Source of the DNA: Octopus bimaculoides
Lineage: Eukaryota
NCBI RefSeq assembly: GCF_001194135.2
Contig: NC_068984.1
Location: forward strand, 99,563,761 to 99,627,760
Length of the DNA stretch: 64,000 bases
Reading direction: 5' to 3'
This document shows, one piece after another, positions 37,821-50,914 of this stretch (positions within the stretch are counted from its first letter, which is position 1; every line of letters starts with the position of its first letter). The notes under the pieces are model-generated. The model made no database searches, was not told where the DNA came from, and saw only the letters and a program-made list of their open reading frames with translations. The translations under genes and the position numbers were made by a program.

Positions 37821-39487
37821 AATATTAAAAAGTGAATGATGCGAGAAATAAGATTATAGTTAACTATAATATTTATATGAATATACAAGTCATCTTAGTA
37901 ATAAGCTATACAGCTTCGATATCATAAAGTGGATGTTAAGTGACTGGAAGGTTTTTAGACAGAATAAATTCATATGAGTGTGTGCGTGCACATATGTGTA
38001 TGTATGTATAAATACATGCACACTCATTATATATATAATGCTTCTAAACATTCTAAGGCTGATATAAATAGAAAGGAAATCTTTGGTATCATACCACTAT
38101 CAACACCACTACCACCATCAACGTCCCCGTCATCATCACCATTATTGTTGTTGTCATCATCATCACCATCATTGTCATCATTATCATTATTTTTGTTGTT
38201 GTTGTCATACATGTGTATGTATCATGTATTCTCTGCATAGTGATATTTTACTGTGTATATACCATGGAGATTTTGTGGAGAAAGATTCTGTTGTGTGTGT
38301 GTTTATGCATATTTTATATTTGCTTCATTTTTTTTCTTTTTTTTTTGCAAGATACTTGATGTGAAATTACTTTTTAAAGAGATGTTGTACACTGGGAAAT
38401 CCATTTTATACAAAAANNNNNNNNNNNNNNNNNNNNNNNNNNNNNNNNNNNNNNNNNNNNNNNNNNNNNNNNNNNNNNNNNNNNNNNNNNNNNNNNNNNN
38501 NNNNNNNNNNNNNNNNNNNNNNNNNNNNNNNNNNNNNNNNNNNNNNNNNNNNNNNNNNNNNNNNNNNNNNNNNNNNNNNNNNNNNNNNNNNNNNNNNNNN
38601 NNNNNNNNNNNNNNNNNNNNNNNNNNNNNNNNNNNNNNNNNNNNNNNNNNNNNNNNNNNNNNNNNNNNNNNNNNNNNNNNNNNNNNNNNNNNNNNNNNNN
38701 NNNNNNNNNNNNNNNNNNNNNNNNNNNNNNNNNNNNNNNNNNNNNNNNNNNNNNNNNNNNNNNNNNNNNNNNNNNNNNNNNNNNNNNNNNNNNNNNNNNN
38801 NNNNNNNNNNNNNNNNNNNNNNNNNNNNNNNNNNNNNNNNNNNNNNNNNNNNNNNNNNNNNNNNNNNNNNNNNNNNNNNNNNNNNNNNNNNNNNNNNNNN
38901 NNNNNNNNNNNNNNNNNNNNNNNNNNNNNNNNNNNNNNNNNNNNNNNNNNNNNNNNNNNNNNNNNNNNNNNNNNNNNNNNNNNNNNNNNNNNNNNNNNNN
39001 NNNNNNNNNNNNNNNNNNNNNNNNNNNNNNNNNNNNNNNNNNNNNNNNNNNNNNNNNNNNNNNNNNNNNNNNNNNNNNNNNNNNNNNNNNNNNNNNNNNN
39101 NNNNNNNNNNNNNNNNNNNNNNNNNNNNNNNNNNNNNNNNNNNNNNNNNNNNNNNNNNNNNNNNNNNNNNNNNNNNNNNNNNNNNNNNNNNNNNTTGTGT
39201 GTCTGTGTTTGACCCCCCCCACCACCACCATCGCTTGACAACCGATGCTGGTGTGTTTACGTCCTCGTAACTGAGCAGTTCGGCAAAAAGAGACCGATAG
39301 AATGAATACTAGGCTTACAAAGAATAAGTCCTGGGGTCGATTTTCTTGACTAAAGGTGATGCTCCAGCATGGCTGCAATCAAATGACTGAAACAAGTAAA
39401 AGAGTAAAATAGTAATATATATATATATATATAAAGCTAAAAAGCTTGTTCTAAAATCTCTCTAAGGAATGACCAAAGTAGTTGCAG

Positions 39488-39894
39488 TAGCAAGTAATAT
39501 TCGTAGCCACTTCAGCATGGCTGTTTCTTTTGAACAGACTTTACTGCAATTTTTTAACTCCTCTAGCTGGCTAATGATGCACAGCTGCATTCAATATATT
39601 GTGAGCAGGGGAGTAAACCCCTACCACCTTCTAGCGATAGGACCAGCATACCAGCCTAGTTTCAGGCTATTTCTGCCTTTCTTCAGTACTGGACACCTCA
39701 GTCTGATACCAGGCTGGTATGCTGGACCCATCGCTAGAAGGTGGTAGGAATTCGTTCTCTTGCTTGCAATATATCAAATGCAGCTGTGCATCATTAACCA
39801 GCTCAAGGAGATGTTCTCTTGGGGTTAAAAAATTGCAACAAATTTCATTCGAATGGAACAGCTATGTTGAAGTGGCTATGAATGTTACTTGCTA
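39488..39894. mobile_element. Fold-back element, ~180-bp inverted arms with a ~37-bp spacer
   Basis: 39488-39665 versus 39703-39894 are reverse complements (termini TAGCAAGTAA...TTACTTGCTA), with one ~12-bp indel. Confidence 0.9.
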
Positions 39895-39909
39895 TATATA
39901 TATACACAC

Positions 39910-39963
<54 letters not shown>

Positions 39964-39973
39964 NNNNNNNNNN

Positions 39974-40010
<37 letters not shown>

Positions 40011-40566
40011 GGCACATATGCACACATATATACATACATATATATATACATATATATATATAAATTCTGCTCTTTTAATCTGCAGTTTAATAGGCGAAGC
40101 TACCCTCAATTGAATAAGATATTAGTCCCTCCATAACCTCTTTCTCATCAGTAATTAAAAAAATGAATAAAATACAAAGAATGAATCAATAGATATATAA
40201 ATTTTTTTTTAATTCTTAACAAAAAGGGTCCATCTTTTTTTATTTTAATTTTCGTTTTATCTGACATGTATATAAAACAAGGCCTTTTGAATATAGAATT
40301 AGTTTCTTTTTCTGCCCACTAGGCACCAAAACACTTTATGCCTGCAGTAACAAATGAAGTTCAGATGCAGAGAGCAATAAATATAAATGAAATAATTAGA
40401 AAAATTATAACAACAACAAAAGCAACAACAACTAAAAGAAAACAAAAACCAAAATATCTATTATTACCAATTATATTGTGTTTCAACTTCACCATTTTCT
40501 CTAATGTTTCATGTTATTACAGCCGCTTTTCTTGAAAGTGACTGTTTAAGTGCAGGGTGTTGTGTA

Positions 40567-40603
<37 letters not shown>

Positions 40604-40698
40604 GTGCATGTGCATGCACTCACACACACATACATGCTGAGAGGGTGAGAGAAAGTGAAAGAGAGATGATAAAGCGAAAGATATGCACACACACAGAA

Positions 40699-40732
<34 letters not shown>

Positions 40733-41279
40733 GTGCACAAACATGTGTGTGTGTGTTGTACATGTGTATGTACTTAAATACAGAGAAAGAGGTGGGCTGA
40801 GAGTATATATTTGATTTATAATGAGAGTGCAAAAGACGGCAAAATGTGAACAATTATAGCAGTAACAAGCAGAAAACATTGATTACTTAAGGCAAACAAC
40901 TGTAACTTTAATGAAATAATAAATATTACTTTCTCCTTCTTCTGTGTAAAAGCAAAAGAAAGAGAGAGTGAGAGTTGTGAATGGAAAAGCAAAGATGAAG
41001 AGAGGGAGAAGGAAAAAAAGAAAGTATCACATGACTTTTCTCTTGTCTTTTTGGCTGTTGTCTTTAAATAAATATTTCTGTTATATTAAATAAATTGTCA
41101 AAATGAAATTTAAAATTTAGTTAAAATAATGAAATTACCAGATTTGTTTCCGGTAGATTTTTATTCCACACAAAATATTTTTTCTTATTCTTGTGTATTT
41201 TTCAAATATACATTTTCTTTTGTTATATTCATTTTTTATCTAGCTATTTATTCATTTATTATCATTATTATCATTATTA

Positions 41280-41489
41280 AGGCAGCAAGCTTGCAGAATT
41301 GTTAGCTCACCAGACAAAATTCAAAGTGGCATTTTGTCCATCTTTACATTCTGAGTTACAAATCAGCAAAAATCGAGTTTGCCTTTCATTGTTTTGGTAT
41401 CAATAAAATAAGTACCAGTTGAACACTGGGGTCAATGTAATCAACTTATTCCCTTCCCTGAAATTGCTGGCCCTCTGCCAAAATTTTAA

Positions 41490-41490
<1 letters not shown>
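41280..41490 (+). mobile_element. SINE family A copy ending in (ATT)n
   Basis: AGGCAGCAAGCTTGCAGAATTGTTAG head and Nin-like core. Further copies at about 35205, 45737, 62330, 62845 (+) and 63245 (-). Confidence 0.8.
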
Positions 41491-41534
<44 letters not shown>

Positions 41535-41538
<4 letters not shown>

Positions 41539-43620
41539 CTTCATAACACAGTGTAGGTAAAAATGCACCGGTGTCTTTAGTCATCTGTCAAGTCACAACA
41601 AGGACCTCAGACAGATAATACTTTCCTTAAGATGTGCACTGTACCCAATAAGGCTGTTTTTTGCAAGATATCAATTTTGTATGGGATTTCCAGTTGCCTT
41701 TAAGAAGTTTTGAAGTTTCAATGGGATTGAGCTCAATGCTCTGGTCACCACTGGTATCACTTTTACATTACTCTCTTGCATTCTATTCAATTTTGCCATT
41801 TCCACTTTCAATTCGGAGTACTTGGTGATTTTTTCAGCCTCTTTACTCACAACATTCATGTCATTTGGTATGGCTACATCAATGATCTGACTATTTGTCT
41901 CTCTTATTCAATATGACAATATCCGGCCAACGGTGTTCGATTGCACTATCCGTCTGAAAATCATAGTCCCAGAGTATCATTACTTTTCCATCCTCCTGCA
42001 TAACTTTACTTGGTACATGCTCATACCAGTTCTCTGTTACTTCATATTGGTATTTATGGCATAAGAGCTAATGAAGATACATGCACACTTTATCGTGGCG
42101 GCGCTTGTATTCTTTTTGTGCAAGGCTCTCACATCCACTTACCCAGTGGGTCAGAAGTTTTATAGATGTTATACTTCACCGAATTGGTAGCGAGAGCCTG
42201 GTCTTGTGCAGCAATGATCAGGCTTTTGGTGGTATGCTTCAAATCACCTCACTCAAGCCATGCCCACGATGCTGTATTATCCTTAACATCCTGTGTATTC
42301 CTTTCAAACTGTCCATGTATTCTCATTTCAAGAAGGTTTTCTTTTCTCTTCTCCTCAGCTCTTTGGTTAAACTCTTCCTTGACCATCATTTCAATTGCAT
42401 TTACACCCATATCTTTCGTGGCATATTGCAGCACGTCGTCTTCACTATTTATCAAATACTCAACAAGCATTCTCCTTTCACTCCTTATACACTGGTCTAT
42501 ACTAATTAGTTCTCTGCTACCATTCTTTCTTTTCATATATAGTCTGTTTACGTTTGCTTTAAGGTGCTGTACCCCATGCAGCATCAACTTTCTCGTCCTT
42601 CTATCCAGTATTGATATTTCCTCCTTAGTCCATTTGAGGATGGATGCACTATATTTGACCACCACAACTACCTAGATATTCATTGTGGTAATCAAATTTT
42701 TCACATTGAGGTTGAATTTCAACACCATCTTCATTTTTTGATATGCCTCGCTGACCTTGTCTTTCATTTCTCTGTGTAGAATGTCATCCAGCTCCAAAAT
42801 CCCAAAATATCTGTACCCACTACTGTCAGGTTCACCTATGGTAACCACAATCCTCTGCAGACTGCTTTCTTCCCTCTTTTCATATTAAGTACTGAGCATT
42901 TGGTAATCCCAAATTCCATACCGATGTTCCTACCACACATCTGGACTGTTTTGGTTAAGGAATCTATCTGTTTTTCAGATTCTCAAACAATTTCAGGTCA
43001 TCCATAAACAGAAGATGGTTCAATGATGGGCCTTTCTTCCCACATCGGTAACCCATTTTAACTTTCCTAAGTGTCATTGTTATGGGTATTAGTGCAATTA
43101 CAAAATGTAAAGGAGAAAACGAGTCACCTTGGAAGATTCCCCTTTTAATATTAACTTCTCCAAGGAATACGTTACTTGAGTACAATTTGGTTTTCCACTC
43201 TTTCAGAAAATTTGGGATGTTGTCAGCAACACCAAACATCTGCAGGCATTCAACGATCCAAGAATGAGGCATCATATCATATGCCTTCTTAAAGTCAATC
43301 CAAGCCATAGACATGTTTGTATGATGTTTTTTTCAATTCCTCAAAACTGTTTTATCAATGACCAAGTGATCCTTGGTACCCTGAGAACTCTTCCTACATC
43401 CTTTTTGTTCCCTTGGTAGTATTTCTTCCTGTGTTAGGAAAGTGCATGTCTTTGCTGCACATATTCCAGTGAGTATCTTCAACTGAAAACCCTCCCTCCA
43501 CAAAATTGCTGACATTTTGTTTGGGAGAATGACATTGATAATTTTGGGCCCATGACTGTTAAACACATTTCAATGTTTTCTCATAAGTGTTAACAATGAG
43601 GTTGATGCTTGTTGTTGATG
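41535..43620 (-). mobile_element. R4/Dong-type LINE, ~2 kb degenerate RT-RLE portion
   Basis: EQKGCRKSSQGTKDHLVIDK, AWIDFKKAYDMMPHSW, GIFQGDSFSPLHF, NHLLFMDDLKLF, RLYMKRKNGSREL, HGQFER, EKITKYSELKVE, QKTALLGTVHILRKVL. Ends in (AAT)n. Confidence 0.95.
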
Positions 43621-44039
43621 GTCTGATTGGTGATGGACAAGCATGCACCATCCCAAACAGATTTATCCACAACAACCTTCATCTCATGTAACACATCATA
43701 GAGAGCATGGTAGGTGGGGTCTTTATCAGCATGGAGCAATCAAAAGTTTAATATTTAGCAGCTATCCTCACAGCAGACAGTTTTAGTCCCATGTTCCATG
43801 GTTGCATCACTGAAATCTGCAGAAATGTATCAGCATTGAAACCTTTCACCAGTAAACATTTGTTATTATTTAACTCTGAACAACTGTAATAGCTTTTTGG
43901 CCAGCCCGCCAGCCATCTATGTAAAATATGGTTATGAAAAAAAATGCTATTCTTTATTTACACAGATACACATCTATGCATGTGCACATGCACATATACA
44001 TATGTATGCATATCTAGGAACATAGACAGATAGATAGAT

Positions 44040-44088
<49 letters not shown>

Positions 44089-44474
44089 GTCAAACAAACA
44101 GATAGTTATTTCCAAAACATGCTTTATGTCTTTGATCTCTGTTGGATTGATTTCCTATCCAGGAGAAACGTTGATTTGTATCTACACCATGAAACAGGAG
44201 CTAATTCTCTGATGTTGCTGTTTAACCCCTGATCAACCTTGATTCAAGGAGACAAAAGGTCAAAGTTACAGTCATGATCGTCCATCTTGCCTTGGAAGCT
44301 AAGATCACAATGTGTGTGTCTTCTGTTCATTCAGATAGCAGGGTGTCATATCATTGCTGTTTCTAAAATGTCATGCACAAATCAGTGGTTCTTCTTTCGA
44401 TCATGGACCCAAATTTAGGCTATGTTAAGGAAATATTCTTTTCTTGAAATAATCATTAAAAAATGTAAAATATA

Positions 44475-44622
44475 GGTGCAAGTGTGGCTGTGTGGTAAGC
44501 AGCTTGCTTCCCAACCACATGGTTTTGGGTTCGGTCCCTCTGTATGGCAGTGTCTTCTTCTATAGCCTCAGGCTGACCAAAGCCTTGTGAGTGGATTTGG
44601 TTGATGGAAACTGAAAGACGCT

Positions 44623-44656
<34 letters not shown>

Positions 44657-45416
44657 NNNNNNNNNNNNNNNNNNNNNNNNNNNNNNNNNNNNNNNNNNNN
44701 NNNNNNNNNNNNNNNNNNNNNNNNNNNNNNNNNNNNNNNNNNNNNNNNNNNNNNNNNNNNNNNNNNNNNNNNNNNNNNNNNNNNNNNNNNNNNNNNNNNN
44801 NNNNNNNNNNNNNNNNNNNNNNNNNNNNNNNNNNNNNNNNNNNNNNNNNNNNNNNNNNNNNNNNNNNNNNNNNNNNNNNNNNNNNNNNNNNNNNNNNNNN
44901 NNNNNNNNNNNNNNNNNNNNNNNNNNNNNNNNNNNNNNNNNNNNNNNNNNNNNNNNNNNNNNNNNNNNNNNNNNNNNNNNNNNNNNNNNNNNNNNNNNNN
45001 NNNNNNNNNNNNNNNNNNNNNNNNNNNNNNNNNNNNNNNNNNNNNNNNNNNNNNNNNNNNNNNNNNNNNNNNNNNNNNNNNNNNNNNNNNNNNNNNNNNN
45101 NNNNNNNNNNNNNNNNNNNNNNNNNNNNNNNNNNNNNNNNNNNNNNNNNNNNNNNNNNNNNNNNNNNNNNNNNNNNNNNNNNNNNNNNNNNNNNNNNNNN
45201 NNNNNNNNNNNNNNNNNNNNNNNNNNNNNNNNNNNNNNNNNNNNNNNNNNNNNNNNNNNNNNNNNNNNNNNNNNNNNNNNNNNNNNNNNNNNNNNNNNNN
45301 NNNNNNNNNNNNNNNNNNNNNNNNNNNNNNNNNNNNNNNNNNNNNNNNNNNNNNNNNNNNNNNNNNNNNNNNNNNNNNNNNNNNNNNNNNNNNNNNNNNN
45401 NNNNNNNNNNNNNNNN

Positions 45417-45455
<39 letters not shown>

Positions 45456-45700
45456 ATATACATATATACATTTACATATATCTATGTGTGTGAATGTGTC
45501 TGTATTTGTCCCCCATCACCACTTGACAACTGGTGTTGGTTTGTTTATGTCCCTGTAACTTAGCAGTTTGGCAAAAGAGTCCAATAGAATGAGTACTAGG
45601 CTTTAAAAAAATAAGTCATGAGGTTGATTTGTTGGACTAAAATCCTTCAAGGTGGTGCTCCAGCATGGCCACAGTTAAATGACTGAAACATGTAAAACAA
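44475..45700 (+). mobile_element. SINE family B copy spanning an assembly gap in its internal (TA)n
   Basis: Head and body at 44475-44625, tail at 45500-45700, with the gap inside the microsatellite. Confidence 0.8.
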
Positions 45701-46430
45701 TTAAAAAAATATCCTTTAATATGATATACAAAACAAGGTGGTGAGCTGGCAGAATCATTACCAAGCTGGGCAAAATGCCTAGTGGCATTTCTTTGGACTT
45801 TACGTTCTGAGTTCAGATGCCACTGATGTCAACTTTGCCTTTCATCCTTTCAGGGTCAATGAAATAAGTACCAGTTGAACACTGGCATCGATGTAATCCC
45901 CTCCCCAGAATTTGCTGGCCTTGTGCCAAAATCTGAAACCAACATAACGTACAATAACTAGTAAACAGGCATAATGACCACAACAACAAAATCTACTGCA
46001 AACATCAAAATCTTTTTGTTGTTTGCATTAAGAAAAGTATCAAATATTAAGTGTACCTCCATTGGAATATATTAAAAGTTGGTGGGGAAGACTGTCATAG
46101 ATGACTATTGATTTATGAAAATAGGTCACAATGGTAAAAGTTTTGGAACTGACGTTCCGTCATTGACTCAACAAGTTCTTATAAATCCCTTGGGCTGTTT
46201 TCAATATTCAAACTTTTTTTACAAATACATTATCAACTTTGATGCTCCGTCTGACCTCCCACCCTCTAACTGGCTATTCAGTTGTTCTGTACTCAATGAA
46301 CTAAACCAACTCAATGAAACACATAACCTTCTTATTGTTTATCTTCTCATGTATCTTCCCTCTTATATCTCTGTGCAATGCACAAACACAATCTATTTAT
46401 CTTCAGCTAACATTTCGATTGTTGTGTAAG

Positions 46431-46576
46431 GTTATTGTGTTCAACCGACTGTATTTACCACCACTGTCGTCAATGATCAGCTGTTCTTTTCATCTCCCAT
46501 CTACATTATCACTAGAGTTGTCCAAAATGTTGCTGTTTTAGAGACTAATGCACCATTTAAGATGATAAAATCATTG
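46431..46576 (+). CDS. Candidate exon (x)YCVQPTVFTTTVVNDQLFFSSPIYIITRVVQNVAVLETNAPFKMIKSL
   Basis: Branch-like CTAAC at 46407, TGTAAG acceptor, donor TTG|GTGTGC, 48 open codons. No family recognised. Confidence 0.3.
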
Positions 46577-46963
46577 GTGTGCAGATGTGCATAATTACAA
46601 AAAGAAGATTCTGTTAAAGGTGCAGTAATAGTGAACTTGCATTGAGATGTTTTTCACTCTCTAGAGGAATGGCTGGGTGGTTAAGAAATTCAATTCATAG
46701 CCATGTGTTTATGAGTTTGATCTCACAGTTTGGCACTTCAACTGTCCTCTACTGTAGCTTTGAGTATACCCTTGGGACTGTATTTTATTATGCAGAAACA
46801 GTACAGAAGTTTGTCATATGTATGCATGCATGGACTGGTGGGTGGTTGGATGGATGGACGGATGGATGAATGGATGAATGTATGTATGTATTTATGTATG
46901 TATATTTGTATATATGGTTATATATCATAAAAATCTATCTAATTATCTATCTATCTATCTATC

Positions 46964-46997
<34 letters not shown>

Positions 46998-47000
<3 letters not shown>

Positions 47001-47197
47001 TAAAAGTAATTAAGTTTATATCTAGTCATAGAGTGACCCATGGTTTCGCATCCACAAAGGCCTTTGCCTTGTGGATGTCTCAACGGACTCTAAAACTGGC
47101 TTTTGAGTCTGACGAGACATCTTTGAGGTTAAGACCTTTGTGGATGTGAAACCATTGGTCACTCTATGACCAGACATGAACTTAATTACTTTTAATA
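46998..47197. mobile_element. 200-bp near-perfect palindrome built from two inverted hammerhead-bearing arms
   Basis: ~95-bp arms and a loop of about 5 nt, with termini TATTAAAAGT / ACTTTTAATA. Confidence 0.9.
47105..47164 (+). ncRNA. Type I hammerhead ribozyme with intact catalytic core
   Basis: Stem I GAGU/ACUC, core CUGACGA, one extra G, stem II ACAUC/GAUGU (capped by AGGU-uaag-ACCU), GAA, stem III ACC-auu-GGU, and cleavage triplet GUC (after 47160). Confidence 0.75.
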
Positions 47198-47276
47198 CAT
47201 TACTGCTCTATGCCTTAGACTGTGCTTCTTTCCAGATATGACACATTGACGATATATATATATAAATATATATCTG

Positions 47277-47335
<59 letters not shown>

Positions 47336-49241
47336 ACAATAGACATAAATCATCCAGGTGAGTACAGTAAGAACTCTAAGGTATTGTCCAGGTTCCAGTT
47401 AACCACATCAAGTAGTAAGAAGTACTAACAAATTATACTGTATAAGTAACTGTTAAATTAAAAGAAAAATTTGAAGTTGTACCAGTCTCTGTATTCTTTG
47501 TAATTGTTTTGGATTCACAGACCCACTTTTATATATATGTAGCTTAAAAATTTAGAAACTTTGAGACTTGGAATAATAGTATTTTCTAATGGTGAAACTC
47601 AAAGTAGATAAAACTATAAATAATAGTATGTAAGTAGTAAGTATAGTAAGTAGTATTGGGTCAAAAACCTTTGGATAGAAAAATGTCTGGAGGTTGTGCC
47701 CCAGTATGGCCCCAGTCTAAATGAATGAAATCAGTAAGTGATTAAAAGAATTAGTTTTACACTCATTTGTTGTTGTTTAGTTGAAGGTCAGTTCTGATCT
47801 AGCAGATCTAAGATCAAAGGCATTTTGGTCATGACCATGTTGTGTATTATTATATGTCAAGGTGTTGTAGTGAGAATCATTGACATCCCTATGGAATTGA
47901 AAGAATGTACTAGCCAAGCTCTTAGAAAAGTAGCATATTGGTTGAGAAAGGAGAGTCATAGAAAGTCGTTGAGAGTTTGAATTTATTGGAGTACCGTGTT
48001 TAGTGGAGTGATTAGAAGTATGTCGTGCGAAGAGAGTTGTGTCTATCCCTGCCTCATGAAATCTGTATATCCAACATATAAGAAGGATATAAGACAAGGA
48101 TTACATTTTCAAGTAGATATGTTCTCCTTTTATAAGACTGTATGATTTGAGGAAGTTTTAGCTACTATTTTTAACAGGATAAATAGCTATATGGAGATTC
48201 CTTCATTCATTCATTACACTGATCATGTTGTTGTTGTTGTTTACCCCAGACTAGCACTGGTCAAAATGGCATATGGCCAAAGCATTTCAGCAATGACCAT
48301 TCCATCCTTTTTCTAGGAACAGTTTTTCAAGAACCACATTATTCAATGTGTCCTTCTTTTCTAATTCAGTATATTATGATCTTAAGGAAATTTTAATGAC
48401 TACAACCTCAGAATGCTGAATCTTTCAGATGAGAGGCTAAGGACCAAGATACCTGGCACCTTGCTGTACTCAAGAAAACCCATCCTCCACAACAGAAGTG
48501 TAAAGGCCACCACTCCTAGTAAAGAGGATTGGCCTGCAGGAGTCCTGTGCTGGTGCCACATAAAAAGCACTCATGCAGGGACCACATAGAAGTGCTCAAG
48601 CTGGTGCCACATTAAAGAACCCAGTACACACACTGTAAAGAAATTGGCATTAGGAAGGGCATCAAGCCATATAAACTAAACTAAATCAGACTGGAACCTG
48701 GTACAGCTGAGCTTGCCAGCTCTGGTCAAACCATCCAACCCATGCCAGCATGGAAAATGTATGATAAAAGATGATGATAATAATGAAGATTCCTAGCAGG
48801 TTGAATGACAACATAAAATCTTTTTCATGGCCCATTGCTGACTTATGTACATCTATCTACCCCTGTCTTACTTCTAATTTGCTTAAGAACAGTTTAAAAC
48901 TTTTGCAGTACAGACATACCACAATAACAGAGACTTATATGTAGTTCTAACAATGTTGTCATTGTAAAGTCAAACTACTGAGAACAGACCTACAATCAAA
49001 GGCATTCCTACGATGACCATCTCAACTTTCATTCAGATAATGTCATCTAAAACTATACAGTCTAATGAAGTAGACCATAATGTTTAATATGAGGTAAATT
49101 TGGCAGCTGTTTTTAGCAGGTCGTGTGACTATGTAGAAGCCCCTTCATTGGGTTTATCCTCATGTAAAAACAAAAAAAAGAGTCTTTTTGGTTCTAAATT
49201 GATATAATACATACACACACAGACATATACATGCACACACA

Positions 49242-49279
<38 letters not shown>

Positions 49280-50468
49280 TGTGTGTGTGTGTTACAGGAG
49301 ATTAGACCCAAAGAGGGCAATAAAAGGTCAGTTGAGGAATATTTATAATGGTCGTGATATATGCTGGTAGATATCAGAGTAGATAAATCTGGTCATTGTA
49401 GGTAGGATTCAAAGCTAGATGAGAAGAAGGAAGAATGTGTGCTGGTAGTCTCTCGAAGCTGTTTCAAGAAATGAAGCACAGATGGGCATTTAGTGCACTT
49501 CCTACTCTCTTCCTCCAATGATAGAAGAAATTTTCATTAAAATGTTGGCTGTCAACTTCTTTCAGAGAAATGCATCAAATGCGAATCTATTCTTGAAACA
49601 GCTGTAAGGGACTATTTTCACACTTTCCTTCTTTGCATCCAGTTTTGGATTTTACTTACAACAGCCAGCTTTACCTAGTACCTAATGTCAATAATTTGAA
49701 GTTACTGTATAACCTTTTTCTGAGAGAATACCAGCTTGTATCATAACCATTATGAACATTCCTCAACTGATCTTGTATTGAGCTCTTGTGATCAAACTCC
49801 TGTAACATCTAATTCTCCCCTAATGTTATGTCACTATTTAAATATGTAAACGATAATCAGACTAGATACCAGTTGTTTGCATGCTTGTACCTTTATTCTA
49901 TTACACATATACCAGTTTGGTTGAAAGACTGCCTTTAGCTAATCTTATCTCCATTAGGCTGCTAAGACATTCCTGGTTTTTTAGTTGTATTTCAAGTTGG
50001 AGTTTTGGCAGTAAATCAATCTAAGCACTTATGTACCTATTATTTTACATCATCAAACAATATTACCTGAATTTTATAACTATCTATCTATTTATCTATC
50101 TATCCATCCATCCATACACACTCATATATATGTGTGTATACCATTATCATCATTGTCATCATCATTTGATATTTGTTTTCCTTGCTGGCATTAGTTGTAT
50201 GATTTGATCAGATCCAGTAAGCTCCAGTGTCAGTTTTACCATGTTTTCTATGGCTGAATGCCTTCCTAACACCAACCACCCTACAGAGTGTACTGGATGG
50301 TTTTTTTTGGGGGGGTTTTTTTGTACCACCAGCACCAGTGAGGTTGCCAGGCAAGTTGCAAGACAGTGAAATATGGGAAAGAGAAAAAACCCTATGAATG
50401 TTATGAACAAAAACAAGAAAAACCACAAGAGGGACAGGGCTTAGCTTAGAAGTTATTTCATAATATAT

Positions 50469-50801
50469 CAGTGGATCTCAACCAATTTTTTATCTATGGA
50501 CCCCTTTAATTTCTATTTTATTGTGGTGCACCCCCATAGCCATTCAATGTTTAGAAACTAGTTTTATAGATACTTCTTTCAAAATTCTTATTTTATCATA
50601 CCTTCTCTTGTGTACACTGAACTATGTAAAACATCAGAGAGGGAAACCTAGCTGTGTCTTGCAATAAATACTTTTAAAGCAAAACTTTTTCGTGGACCCA
50701 TAAATACTACTGTGAACTCAATGCAATATTTTGCTTGTGTGGACCCCAGAAATCTTATTTGGACCTCCAGGGGTCATATGGACCCCGGTTGAGAACCACT
50801 G
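50469..50801. mobile_element. hAT (Charlie-like) MITE
   Basis: 15-bp TIRs CAGTGGATCTCAACC / GGTTGAGAACCACTG, internal GGACCCC repeats, and AT-rich 8-bp flanks TAATATAT / ATATATAT. Confidence 0.85.
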
Positions 50802-50848
50802 ATATATATGCTTATAAATGAATTTGTAAGAAGCCTCACATGCCTCTG

Positions 50849-50914
<66 letters not shown>

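Noticed and set aside
38027-38212. Asp/Asn-rich and His-rich ORFs (also 61919-62328)
   Set aside because: Imperfect (CAT/GAT)n trinucleotide microsatellites.
39565-39605. CTAATGA-TGCA cagc TGCA motif in the 39.5-kb fold-back
   Set aside because: Neither arm has GAAA next to the stem.
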